Shown here one piece after another: positions 37,428-50,793 of a stretch of DNA of 64,000 nucleotides; the stretch's first letter is position 1, and each line of letters opens with the position of its first letter. Origin of the DNA: Kofleriaceae bacterium (GTDB taxonomy: Bacteria; Myxococcota_A; Polyangia; Haliangiales; Haliangiaceae); NCBI GenBank assembly GCA_036271215.1, contig DATBBB010000375.1, positions 10,464-74,463 on the forward strand, given 5' to 3'. Position numbers and translations under genes: made by a program. Below the pieces are notes generated by a model. It was not told where the DNA came from. It did not search any database and was given only the letters and a program-made list of their open reading frames with translations.

Positions 37428-37599
37428 TCGGCGCCGCGCGACGCGGCAGGCACGCGTAGCGCCGGTCACGCCCACAGGCTGCTGAGCACCCCGGTTCGGC
37501 GACTTCGATCGTCGAACCGGATCAAGGTTTCCAGTGCGCTGCGCGAAGCTTCGGTGACCTGGCAGGCTGCGGGTTCGGCAGCCTGCTAGGCTGTTTGCC

Positions 37600-38403
37600 G
37601 TGCGCTGGGACTCGCCGTTCGTGCTCGCCGTGGCAGCCACGATCGCGATCCACGTCATCCTGGTGACCGCGGGCGACGCGCTGGTCGTCACCCACCCGCC
37701 GCGGATCAAGGAGCCGGCGCCGCACATCGAGCTGGTCGAGATCGAGCCGCCGCCGGTGCTCAAGGAGCCGCCGCCACCGCCGCCGCCGCTGCCCACGCCG
37801 GAGGCGGCCCCGCCGCCGGTGGCCGACGTCAGGCCCGCGCCCCGCCCGCACGCGGTCGCCCACCCGACGCCCCAGATCCGCGCCGAGCCGGCCACGCCGC
37901 AGCAGCCCGCCGAGCCGCCCGCGCCGGAGACGTCGGGCGGCGACGAGGTCGTGCACATGGACAACATCGCGCCGTCGGCGACCGGGGTCGGCGTCGCGAC
38001 CGGCAAGCGCTCGACCGGTCGGATCGGCCGCGGCGGGACCGGCGGTGGGACCGGCGCCGGCGCGGGGTCAGGCGCCGGCGACGAGGCCGAAAAGCCGATG
38101 TCGATCGCGACGATCAAGATCGGCGCGAAGGTCAAGGGCGACTTCGGCTACATGAACCTCGGCAAGGACTACCCGGCGGAGGCCCGCGCGCTCGGCATCG
38201 AGGGCGATCTGCGGGTCCGGCTGATCGTCGACGATCGCGGCAAGGTGACGGCCCGGGTGCTGCTCAACAAGCTCGGCCACGGGCTCGACGAGCTCGCGCT
38301 GCAGCGCGCCGCCGAGATCGAGTTCGAGCCGGCCAAGGACAGCAACGATCAGCCGGTGCGGTCCGTCGTGGTGTGGACATTCCACATGACGATCCCGAAG
38401 TAG
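37600..38403 (+). CDS. TonB-family energy transducer
   Basis: It has an N-terminal TM segment, a Pro-rich spacer EPPPVLKEPPPPPPPLPTPE and a TonB_C-like domain YPAEARALGIEGDLRVRLIVDDRGKV. The start codon is GTG. Confidence 0.75.
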   Translation: MRWDSPFVLAVAATIAIHVILVTAGDALVVTHPPRIKEPAPHIELVEIEPPPVLKEPPPPPPPLPTPEAAPPPVADVRPAPRPHAVAHPTPQIRAEPATPQQPAEPPAPETSGGDEVVHMDNIAPSATGVGVATGKRSTGRIGRGGTGGGTGAGAGSGAGDEAEKPMSIATIKIGAKVKGDFGYMNLGKDYPAEARALGIEGDLRVRLIVDDRGKVTARVLLNKLGHGLDELALQRAAEIEFEPAKDSNDQPVRSVVVWTFHMTIPK

Positions 38404-38464
38404 CCGGCGCTCGGCCCCGAGTCGCCTCGACGTCGGCCGCACGCCGGCCGCACGCCGGCCGGGC

Positions 38465-39562
38465 TCACCGCGCGCCGGCGAGGACCTTCGGCGGCCCCGG
38501 CGCCAGCTGCAGCACCTGGATCGGGCCGCCGAACACCTTGGTCATGCCGGCGTCGATCCGCCACAGCGCGCCGTCGCACGCGGCGTTGATCCCGCCGGGC
38601 TGCACGGTGTGGCCGACCACCATGCGCTGGACGTGCAGCGCGTCGAGCGCGGCGTGGAGCTCGGCGCAGTCGACGCTCGAGCCGCCGAACGCGCGGGTCC
38701 ATACCGGGCCGTCATCGGCGGTCATCACCGGCGGCGGCTCGCTCGCCTGGCCGTCGAGCCAGCACCGCGCGCGCTGGTTGGCGCCGTCGATCTCGGGCGC
38801 CCACGCGGCGAGCACGCCGGCGTGCGAGAACACGGTATCGCCGACGATCGCGACCACCGCGTGGCGGGCGAGCTGGCGGGCGTAGCTGCCGCCGGGGCCG
38901 AGCGCGGCGATCCGGGGCTTCATCGCCGCGGGCGCGCGGCTCGCCAGCGCCGCCGCCGGGCCGGGCGCGTCGTCGAACGCGTGGAGCCCGGCGGGCGTCA
39001 CGTAGCGGAAGTCGCCGGCGGCGTTCATCAGCTCGTGGTTGCCGAGCAGCGCGATCAGCGCGCCGCCCGCCGCGGCCGCCTCGGGCTCGAGCCGTGCGAT
39101 CAGATCGAGGATCGCGCGTTCGTCGTCGCCGCGGTCGAGCGCGTCGCCGGTCTGCACGACGACCAGATCGCCGCCGCTCCAGCGATCGTGGTCATCGATC
39201 GCCCCGGCCGCGCGCAGCGCCGCGCGGGTCGCCGCGAGATCGCCGTGCAGGTCACCGATCGCGACCAGCCGCGCGGCCGCTGGCCGCCGCACCGGCAGCG
39301 GATCGAGCGTGCAGCCCGGCACGGTCGCCGGCAGCGCCGCCGCAGGTACCGCCGCCGGCGAGCTCGCGGTGGGCGCGCCCGGGGCGGCCGGCGGCTCGGC
39401 CACCGGCGCTTCGCGCTGCGGGTGCCCGCGATCGCAGGCGCCCGCGACCATGGCCCCCAGGACGACCACGACCACGAGCCCGATCTGCACGCCGATCTGC
39501 GTCCCGATCCGCGGCTCGATCTGCGTCCCGCTCAGCTTCCCGATCCGGTTCGAACCAACCAT
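38465..39562 (-). CDS. Calcineurin-like metallophosphoesterase (Ser/Thr phosphatase-like), membrane anchored
   Basis: Contains [24 protein letters not shown] and VVGHT. Trimmed to ATG 39562 (MVGSNRIG). Confidence 0.8.
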   Translation of the reverse strand: MVGSNRIGKLSGTQIEPRIGTQIGVQIGLVVVVVLGAMVAGACDRGHPQREAPVAEPPAAPGAPTASSPAAVPAAALPATVPGCTLDPLPVRRPAAARLVAIGDLHGDLAATRAALRAAGAIDDHDRWSGGDLVVVQTGDALDRGDDERAILDLIARLEPEAAAAGGALIALLGNHELMNAAGDFRYVTPAGLHAFDDAPGPAAALASRAPAAMKPRIAALGPGGSYARQLARHAVVAIVGDTVFSHAGVLAAWAPEIDGANQRARCWLDGQASEPPPVMTADDGPVWTRAFGGSSVDCAELHAALDALHVQRMVVGHTVQPGGINAACDGALWRIDAGMTKVFGGPIQVLQLAPGPPKVLAGAR

Positions 39563-39727
39563 CGCCGCGCAGTGTAGATCACGCAGCAGCTCGACGAGAG
39601 CCCCGGAGCGCCGCCGAGCGTCATCGAGCCGCCGAGCGCCACCGAGCACCGCCGAATGCCGCCGAACGCGCCGAGCGCCACCGAACCTGGGTGTAAGCGC
39701 GCCGCGCGGGTCGCGTTCGTTGGGCAT

Positions 39728-40435
39728 ATGCGAACCATGCTGGCTTCCACGCTCGTGACCGCCGGCGCCGCGGCCGCCGCCACCGGCTGCGCGATGGGCG
39801 GCGCGCTCCACCAGGCAACCCTGGTCGGCCAGTGCGCCGCCGACGACGCGGCGTGCTCGCGGCGCCACCCGCAGGCGCCGATCGCGATCGGCACCCACTT
39901 CTATCCCGAGGTCTCGACCGAGCTCGCCGGCACCACCACGCCGAACCTGCGGCTCGAGAGCGTGGCGCCCGAGATCGTCGCCGTCGAGGACGGCGCGCTG
40001 GTGGCCCGCAAGTCCGGCGCCAGCGCGGTGCTGATCTCGACCGACGATGGCTCGATCGTCGACTTCGTGCACGTGTGGGTCGCGCCGGCCACCAAGATCA
40101 CCTTGTCGCGCCGCGACGGCGAGCGGATCGCCGGCCCGATCGCGCTCGCGGTGGGCGAGGACGTCACGCTGGTACCGGCGCTGTGGAACGGCGCGCAGCG
40201 GCTGTCGGGTGACGGCGAAGCGCAGTGGCGCGAGACCACAACCGGCGGCGGCGGCAACGCGGCCGCCCACGCCGCGGCCCAGGCCCAGGTCGAGATCACG
40301 ACCGGTCCAGTCGCGATCCTGCGCGACGGCTCGGCGGATCGCCGCCGGCTGCGCGCCCGCACGCCCGGCAGGGCCACGGTGATCGTCGCGCTCGGCGACG
40401 TCCAGGCGACCGTCGACGTGGAGGTGGTGCCATGA
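39728..40435 (+). CDS. Putative lipoprotein
   Basis: MRTMLASTLVTAGAAAAATGCA carries a lipobox. The body is beta-rich. No confident domain assignment. Confidence 0.5.
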   Translation: MRTMLASTLVTAGAAAAATGCAMGGALHQATLVGQCAADDAACSRRHPQAPIAIGTHFYPEVSTELAGTTTPNLRLESVAPEIVAVEDGALVARKSGASAVLISTDDGSIVDFVHVWVAPATKITLSRRDGERIAGPIALAVGEDVTLVPALWNGAQRLSGDGEAQWRETTTGGGGNAAAHAAAQAQVEITTGPVAILRDGSADRRRLRARTPGRATVIVALGDVQATVDVEVVP

Positions 40436-40920
40436 TCGCGCGCGGCCTGCAGCGCCTCGCCCTCGCCGCCGCGCTGGCCGCGGTCGCGGCGTGCCATCCC
40501 GTGCTGTCGGCCGAAACCCCTGCGCCACCGGGGCGCTCGGCGCGGCTCGACGCCGTCGACGGGTTCTGGAGCGTGCAGAGCTATCGCCTCGAGCTGTCGC
40601 AAGGCGTCGCGGTCGCGGTCAGCTGCAGCTACGGCGGGCCGTGCGAGAAGCTGACGGCGGCGTCCGACAACGCGGCGATCGCCGAGGTCCGCGCCGCGGC
40701 GCTGCAGACCTTGCGGCCGGTCGCGCTGTCGACCAACCAGCAGCCGGCGGCGGTGGTGGTGATCGTCGGCAAGGCGCCGGGCACGACGACGATCCGGCTG
40801 TACAGCCACGACGGCAACCGCGAGATCGCCGTCACCGTGGTCCCGCCGCCCGGCGCACCGTCCGCATCGCTCGCATCCTCTCCGGCGGTCGCCGCCGCGA
40901 CCACGCCGCCCGCGAGCTGA
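40432..40920 (+). CDS. Putative lipoprotein
   Basis: MIARGLQRLALAAALAAVAAC carries a lipobox. The start overlaps the upstream stop as ATGA. Confidence 0.5.
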   Translation: MIARGLQRLALAAALAAVAACHPVLSAETPAPPGRSARLDAVDGFWSVQSYRLELSQGVAVAVSCSYGGPCEKLTAASDNAAIAEVRAAALQTLRPVALSTNQQPAAVVVIVGKAPGTTTIRLYSHDGNREIAVTVVPPPGAPSASLASSPAVAAATTPPAS

Positions 40921-40927
40921 GGCGGCG

Positions 40928-41845
40928 CTACGCCGGCGGCGCGTTGGCGACCAGGCCGACCACGACGGTGATGTTGTCGTCCCCGCCGCGGCTGTTCGCC
41001 AGCTCGACCAGGGTCGCCGGCAACCGGCGGTACCACGTCATCGCGATGATCCGCTCGAGCTCGCCGTGCTCGACGTAGTTGGTCATGCCGTCCGAGCACA
41101 ACAGGAAGCAGTCGCCGGCCGAGACCGGCACGCTCTTGGTATCGGCCTCGATGTCGCGCTCGAAGCCGATCGACTTGGTGATCACGTGGCGGAACTTGCT
41201 CGACTTGGCCTCGGCCTCGCTGATCGAGCCCGCGCGCAGCTGCTCGGCGATCCACGAGTGATCCTCGGTGAGCTGGCGCAGCTGGCCGTCGCGGAACACG
41301 TAGCACCGCGAGTCGCCGGCGTGGACGACATGGGCGCGTCCGCCGTGGACCAGCATCGCGGTCAGCGTGGTCCCCATGCCGCGCAGCTCGGGCTTGGCCC
41401 ACGAGGCCTCGAAGATCGCGGAGCTGGCGCGCTTGACCACGCCGCGCATGACCTCGAGCGCGGGCGAGAACGCCGCGACCATGCCGGGCGGCAAGGTCGG
41501 ATCGCTGCCGCGCGCCACCGCTGAGCCGAGCTTGGTGCCGGCGGGCGGCGTGCTCGGATCGCCGTAGCCGTCGACCACCGGCATCTCCTCGGTCGTGCGC
41601 AGGTTGCCCAGCATCTGGACCTGCGCCATGAGCGCGGCGTCGAAGTTGCCGCGGACCTCGGCGAGCTCGCGGCCCAGGTACTCGACCGCCATCCGGCTCG
41701 CCGTCGCGCCGCCCTGGTGGCCGCCCATACCGTCGGCGACCGCCACCACACCGGTCTCGGTGTCGACGAGATAGCTATCCTCGTTGCGTTCGCGCTTGCG
41801 CCCCGGATCGCTCTGGCCCCACGCCCAGAGCCTCACGGCGCCCAC
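40928..41845 (-). CDS. PP2C-family Ser/Thr protein phosphatase
   Basis: Contains GRKRERNEDSY, VADGMGGH and LLCSDGMTN, with DDNITVVV near the C-terminus. Confidence 0.9.
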   Translation of the reverse strand: MGAVRLWAWGQSDPGRKRERNEDSYLVDTETGVVAVADGMGGHQGGATASRMAVEYLGRELAEVRGNFDAALMAQVQMLGNLRTTEEMPVVDGYGDPSTPPAGTKLGSAVARGSDPTLPPGMVAAFSPALEVMRGVVKRASSAIFEASWAKPELRGMGTTLTAMLVHGGRAHVVHAGDSRCYVFRDGQLRQLTEDHSWIAEQLRAGSISEAEAKSSKFRHVITKSIGFERDIEADTKSVPVSAGDCFLLCSDGMTNYVEHGELERIIAMTWYRRLPATLVELANSRGGDDNITVVVGLVANAPPA

Positions 41846-41930
41846 GCTCCACGCACGCCCCCGATCATTGCTCCACCCGTGGCCCCACCCGTGGCCCTGT
41901 TGTCCCCCATCACAGCCTCGCTCGTGATCG

Positions 41931-43439
<1,509 letters not shown>

Positions 43440-43448
43440 CGGGGCTCC

Positions 43449-44558
<1,110 letters not shown>

Positions 44559-44607
44559 CAGTTCGCCTCTTCGCCTGGTTGGCCGGTTGCCTGGTTGGGC
44601 AGGTTGA

Positions 44608-44826
44608 TTAGAAGACCACGTCGGCGACGTCGCCGCGGTCGTTGACGAAGCACAGCCGCCCGCCGTGGCGCTTCGAGTGCTGCACCATCTCGAGCAGGCC
44701 GAGCGCGCGCGACAGGACCCCGGTCGGGTCATCGGTGCCGAGCTCCACGCACAGCCGCGCCAAGAGCTCCGCCAGCGTGTGGTTGAGCTCGACGGTCACG
44801 GACCCCATGCCCAGCGCGTCACTCAT
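44608..44826 (-). CDS. Small hypothetical protein (72 aa), possibly ribbon-helix-helix-like, inserted between prkA and yeaH
   Basis: GC3 is high and a GGGAG RBS lies about 9 nt upstream of the [43 protein letters not shown] fits a strand-helix-helix pattern, which is my inference. Confidence 0.45.
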   Translation of the reverse strand: MSDALGMGSVTVELNHTLAELLARLCVELGTDDPTGVLSRALGLLEMVQHSKRHGGRLCFVNDRGDVADVVF

Positions 44827-44842
44827 CGCGGCTGCTCCCGGC

Positions 44843-46885
<2,043 letters not shown>

Positions 46886-47043
46886 GGGACCGACCGTACC
46901 ACCACGGGCCGCGGCACAGTAGACCGTCGTTGTCGTTTGCCGCTCCGACGGAAAGTGTCCCTCCAGGCCATGTGGGGAACGGCCGCGCCACGCAAGCCGC
47001 CAAGCCGCCAAGCCGCGAGGTCGCGCTCACGCGCCGTGTAGCT

Positions 47044-47082
47044 GATGTGCGGCAAGGATGTGCGGCAAGGATGTGCGGCAAG
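47044..47082. repeat. 13-bp perfect tandem repeat x3 (gatgtgcggcaag) upstream of prkA
   Basis: Direct reading gives copies at 47044-47056, 47057-47069 and 47070-47082. A nearby 8-bp x3 repeat (caagccgc) lies at 46993-47016. Confidence 0.85.
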
Positions 47083-47099
47083 GGCGTGTGCCGGCGCGG

Positions 47100-48188
47100 T
47101 CACTTCATGTAGCGCTCGACGTTGCGCTTGTGGTCCTCGAACGTCCGCGCGAACGCGTGGTTCCGGGCGTCCTTGGCGACGAAGTAAAAGTAGTCACTGC
47201 CGTCGGGCGCGAACACCGCCTCGATCGAGCCCTTGCCGGGGTTTGCGATCGGGCCGGGCGGCAATCCCTCGTGCTGGTAGGTGTTGTACGGATTGTCCTT
47301 GTCATCGAGCTGGGCACGATGCAAGCGGTCGCGCTTGTCCCACTGCTGGCAGCCCGCCGACTTCTGGACCGGGACCATGCAGCCGTAGCGGATCGTCGGG
47401 TCGGTCTCGAGCCGTTTGGGCGAGAAGCTCGACGACGTCAAGCGGTTGATGAACACCTGCGCGATCCGCGGCCGCTCGGCGGGGTCCACGGCTTCCTTCT
47501 CGACGATCGACGCCAGGGTCAGGAGGTCGCGATCGGTCCACCCGAGCTTGTCCTTGACCTTGGCGGCGTCGCGCGCGTGCTTGGCGGAGAGCTCGTTCCA
47601 GACTTCCTGGTGCCGCGTGATCAGCCGCTGCAGCACCACCGCCGGCTTCTCGTTGACCCGCAGCTCGTAGGTATCGGGGAACAGGTAGCCCTCGACGGTA
47701 TCGCCGGTGATGCCGTGGCGGCCCAGGAAGTCCTTGTCGCGCGCCAGCGCCTCGAGCTCGGCGGCCTTGGCGACCTTGGCGGCCTCGAGCAGCTCGAAGA
47801 ACTCGAGCATGTTCTTGCCCTCGGGCAGCGTGACCTTGGTGGCGACTTCTTTGATCCCGGCGACCAGGATCGACAGCACCTGCTTGGGCGCGAGGTTGTC
47901 CTTGATCGTGTACTTGCCGGTCTTGACGTTGGTGGTGTCACCCTCCCACATCGCGTACAGCCGGAACCAGGTCGGCTTGATGATCACACCCTTGTCGGAC
48001 AGCATCGTGGCGATCGCCGGGAAGCTCATCCCGCTCTTGACCTCGACCTCGATGTCCCGACCGGCCCCGGCATGCGCGGCTCCCGGATAGTCGAGCGCCC
48101 GGGTGATCAGCCACGCCGCGATGGCCGAGACGACGACGAGCGAGCCGAGCACGACGGCCAGCGCGGTTCTGAACGAGCCCTTCGACAC
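47100..48188 (-). CDS. mltG: Endolytic murein transglycosylase MltG (YceG family)
   Basis: It has an N-terminal TM segment and contains LEGYLFPDTYEL, ASIVEKEA and LPPGPIANPG. Confidence 0.9.
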   Translation of the reverse strand: MSKGSFRTALAVVLGSLVVVSAIAAWLITRALDYPGAAHAGAGRDIEVEVKSGMSFPAIATMLSDKGVIIKPTWFRLYAMWEGDTTNVKTGKYTIKDNLAPKQVLSILVAGIKEVATKVTLPEGKNMLEFFELLEAAKVAKAAELEALARDKDFLGRHGITGDTVEGYLFPDTYELRVNEKPAVVLQRLITRHQEVWNELSAKHARDAAKVKDKLGWTDRDLLTLASIVEKEAVDPAERPRIAQVFINRLTSSSFSPKRLETDPTIRYGCMVPVQKSAGCQQWDKRDRLHRAQLDDKDNPYNTYQHEGLPPGPIANPGKGSIEAVFAPDGSDYFYFVAKDARNHAFARTFEDHKRNVERYMK

Positions 48189-48311
48189 GCCCCAGACACT
48201 AGCAGGCTGCTGAAGAACCAGCCTGCCAGGTCACTGTACATCCGCAGGTTGCTGGAAACCTTGATCCGGTTCATCGACAGAGATCGACGAACCAGGGTTC
48301 TCAGCAACCTG

Positions 48312-48737
48312 CTAGCCGCGCGCGTGGTGGACGTCGAGCCACGCCCGAAGAATGAGCGCCGCGGCCTGCTGGTCGATGACGCCGCGCCGCTTGGCGCGCG
48401 ACAGGTCCGCCGCGATCAGCACGCGCTCGGCCTGGGCGGTGGTGAACCGCTCGTCCTGCTCGTGGAGCTGGATCTCGGCGGGCAACATCTCGCGCAGCAC
48501 GGCGAAGAAGTCGTGGACCCGGCGCGCGCGGTGTCCGATCTTTCCGGACAGCTCGTACGGCACGCCGACGACCACGTCGGTCACACCGTGCTCGCGCACG
48601 AGCTGCGCGATCGCGGCGGCATCGCCAGAATTGCCCACGCGCGACAGCACACTGAGCGGATGCGCGGCGATCATCGCCTCGTCTGTCATCGCCAAGCCGA
48701 TGGTCTTGCTCCCGACGTCGAGCGCCAGCGCGCGCAT
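48312..48737 (-). CDS. ruvX: Putative pre-16S rRNA nuclease / Holliday junction resolvase-like RuvX (YqgF)
   Basis: Contains MRALALDVGSKTIGLAMTD and DERFTTAQAE. The ORF is trimmed to ATG 48737. Confidence 0.88.
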   Translation of the reverse strand: MRALALDVGSKTIGLAMTDEAMIAAHPLSVLSRVGNSGDAAAIAQLVREHGVTDVVVGVPYELSGKIGHRARRVHDFFAVLREMLPAEIQLHEQDERFTTAQAERVLIAADLSRAKRRGVIDQQAAALILRAWLDVHHARG

Positions 48738-48800
48738 GGGTAGAAATACCTCGAAATTCCGGGGTTCACGGACCAGCACGCGGCCAAAACAGGGATGGAT

Positions 48801-48829
48801 GGAAAAAACTGCCGTTCGCATGTGAACGC
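48801..48829 (-). terminator. Intrinsic-terminator-like hairpin + U-tract (minus strand), proximal
   Basis: The minus strand reads gcgttcacatgcgaacggc followed by agttttttcc. Confidence 0.45.
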
Positions 48830-48833
48830 TCAC

Positions 48834-48875
48834 CGAAAAAATAAAGGCCCTCCAGGGAGGGGGCCGAGGAGGGCC
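48834..48875 (-). terminator. Intrinsic-terminator-like GC-rich hairpin + U-tract (minus strand), distal
   Basis: The minus strand reads ggccctcc..ggccccctccctggagggcc followed by tttattttttcg. An 8-bp perfect stem (ggccctcc/ggagggcc) or a 7-bp alternative stem is possible. Confidence 0.55.
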
Positions 48876-49426
48876 GGGCGCAGACCGCAGAGCTACTTGT
48901 TGCCTCAGATAGTGGGGAGACCAGTGGGATGAGGGGAGGAAAACCACTGATCATCTATCGAGTCGAAACTTTGGACACCTGCGTCGCGCGTGTAAACCTT
49001 TCGTTGTTGCTGAACCCGACAGTTACGCTGTGAATCAAGCGGCTGCGGTGTTGTCAGTTTCTTGAGCAGATTCTGGGCCAGCTCGCGGGTCTGGCTCCGC
49101 CGGGATCGCGCCGACGAGGAAACCAGCGGTTACAGCCAAACGGCGGGCAAAAATCAGACGGTCCCGACGCCAGGCATGAGGTGCTCAGTCACCGGTTGTT
49201 CTCGGAGTGACCCGTTTCGGGACCATCTAACCCCATCCAACCCCATCCGGCCCAGCGGCCCAGTGGACGCCGAGGACGACCTGACGCAGGCGTCGCAGGC
49301 CGTCGCGACGGCACTTCATGGCGCATCGAAACAAGCATCGGTCGCCAGCAAGATTCAAAGCTCGTCAGGGAAGCTTTTCCGCATGTCGCCGAAGATCACA
49401 TCGCTGATGCGATAGGGTGCGACTTC

Positions 49427-49714
49427 ATGTCGGACGAGCCCACCACCCCCAAGCTCCAGGTCCAGATCGACGACGACATCTCGCAAGGGGTGTACTCGAA
49501 CCTGGTGCTGCTCAACCACACCGAGAACGAGTTCGTGCTCGACTTTGCGTTCATCCAGCCGAGCAACGGCCGCGCAAAGGTCCGCTCGCGCGTGATCTCG
49601 TCGCCGCGCCACACCAAGCGCCTGCTGGCTGCGCTGCAGAAGAACCTCGAGCGCTACGAAGAACGGTTCGGCACGATCGACATCAGCTCGGACGACGACC
49701 CCGTATTTCATTGA
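49427..49714 (+). CDS. DUF3467 family protein
   Basis: LQVQIDDDISQGVYSNLVLLNHTENEFVLDFAFIQP matches the DUF3467 pattern as I remember it. Confidence 0.75.
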   Translation: MSDEPTTPKLQVQIDDDISQGVYSNLVLLNHTENEFVLDFAFIQPSNGRAKVRSRVISSPRHTKRLLAALQKNLERYEERFGTIDISSDDDPVFH

Positions 49715-49715
49715 C

Positions 49716-49778
49716 AGGGGACCTTCCCGTCCCCTCTCTCGCGGCAAAGCCGCTCGATTCACCCCACCGCGCGTCGCG
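49716..49778 (-). repeat. REP-like double-hairpin element, copy 4 (inverted orientation, second hairpin degraded)
   Basis: Sequence aggggaccttcccgtcccctctctcgcggcaaagccgctcgattcaccccaccgcgcgtcgcg begins 2 bp after the DUF3467 stop, between convergent genes. Confidence 0.8.
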
Positions 49779-49815
49779 TCGTGCGGCGTCGATCCAGAGG
49801 GGCGTTCCCGTCGCC

Positions 49816-50793
49816 TCAGGCCGTCTCGTCGACCGCGTGGATCGTCTCGCGCAGCCCGAACCGCGGACGGAACCCGAGCTCGGCGCCGGCGCGGCGGCCG
49901 TCGACCATGCAGACGTAGCGAATGAAGTCGAGCTCGGCGACCGGGAAGCTCGAGATCCCGAGCCGGAACGCGAGCGACAGGATCGGCTGGGCGACCGGGT
50001 GCGGCAGCCGCAGCGGAACCCGGCCGAGCTCCTTGAGGATCGCCGACAGCGGCACCTCGCCGGGGCCGACGATGTTGTAGATCCCGCGGCGGCCCGGGGC
50101 GAGCGCCAGGGCGATCGCGTCGGCGATGTCCTGGTAGTGGATCAGCTGGACCATCGGATCGAAGCCGAGCAACACCGGCGGCCGCTCGAGCCGCAGGTAG
50201 TTCGACGGCGCGTTGTGCACCGGGCCGACGATGTGGACCGGCCGCAGGATCACGGTCTCGACCTTCTGCGCGCGCCACAGGAACGTCGAGACCAGGTGAT
50301 CGATCTCGACCAGATCGCGCATCTGGGGAAACCGCTGCGCGGCGAGCAGCGGCGCGTCCTCGGTCAGGAACTGCGGATTATCCGGGCGCGGCCCGTACAC
50401 GTTGGCCGACGACAGCAGCACGACCTTCGGCACGCTGTAGGCCTGGCAGTACTCGAGCAGCTTGGTGGTGCCCGCGATGTTCCACGAGTAGATCTCGGCC
50501 GCCCGCGCGCGCGGGTCGTGCATCACGCCGAGGTGGATCAGCGCGTCGACGTCGCCGGCGCGGAACACGTCGCGCGCCTTCTTGCTGCGCAGATCGACGT
50601 GGTGGTGCTCGATGTCCTTCGGCCGGCCCGGCATCGGCCGGCGATCGAGCCCGACGATCTGCCAGTCGAGATCGTGGTGCAGCCGGCGCGCCACGATCCG
50701 GCCGAGCCGGCCCGAGATCCCGGTGATCACGATCTTGCGCGGCCGCGGCCCCGACTGCGGCAGCTCGCCGGCCGATGGCTCACCAGAAGACAT
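49816..50793 (-). CDS. NAD-dependent epimerase/dehydratase family (extended SDR) protein
   Basis: KIVITGISGRLG is a Rossmann GxxGxxG motif. The length and overall pattern fit the family. Confidence 0.8.
   Translation of the reverse strand: MSSGEPSAGELPQSGPRPRKIVITGISGRLGRIVARRLHHDLDWQIVGLDRRPMPGRPKDIEHHHVDLRSKKARDVFRAGDVDALIHLGVMHDPRARAAEIYSWNIAGTTKLLEYCQAYSVPKVVLLSSANVYGPRPDNPQFLTEDAPLLAAQRFPQMRDLVEIDHLVSTFLWRAQKVETVILRPVHIVGPVHNAPSNYLRLERPPVLLGFDPMVQLIHYQDIADAIALALAPGRRGIYNIVGPGEVPLSAILKELGRVPLRLPHPVAQPILSLAFRLGISSFPVAELDFIRYVCMVDGRRAGAELGFRPRFGLRETIHAVDETA

Noticed and set aside
48766-48954. 62-aa minus-strand ORF
   Set aside because: Its reading frame runs straight through two terminator-like hairpins and U-tracts and gives an implausible sequence. 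It is more likely part of a non-coding transcript.
49062-49415. 117-aa plus-strand ORF (TTG start) in the ruvX/DUF3467 gap
   Set aside because: It has no recognisable domain, mixed codon bias, a non-ATG start without an RBS, and it ends just before the DUF3467 start. The region is treated as non-coding and a possible ncRNA locus, but a degenerate or orphan gene cannot be excluded.
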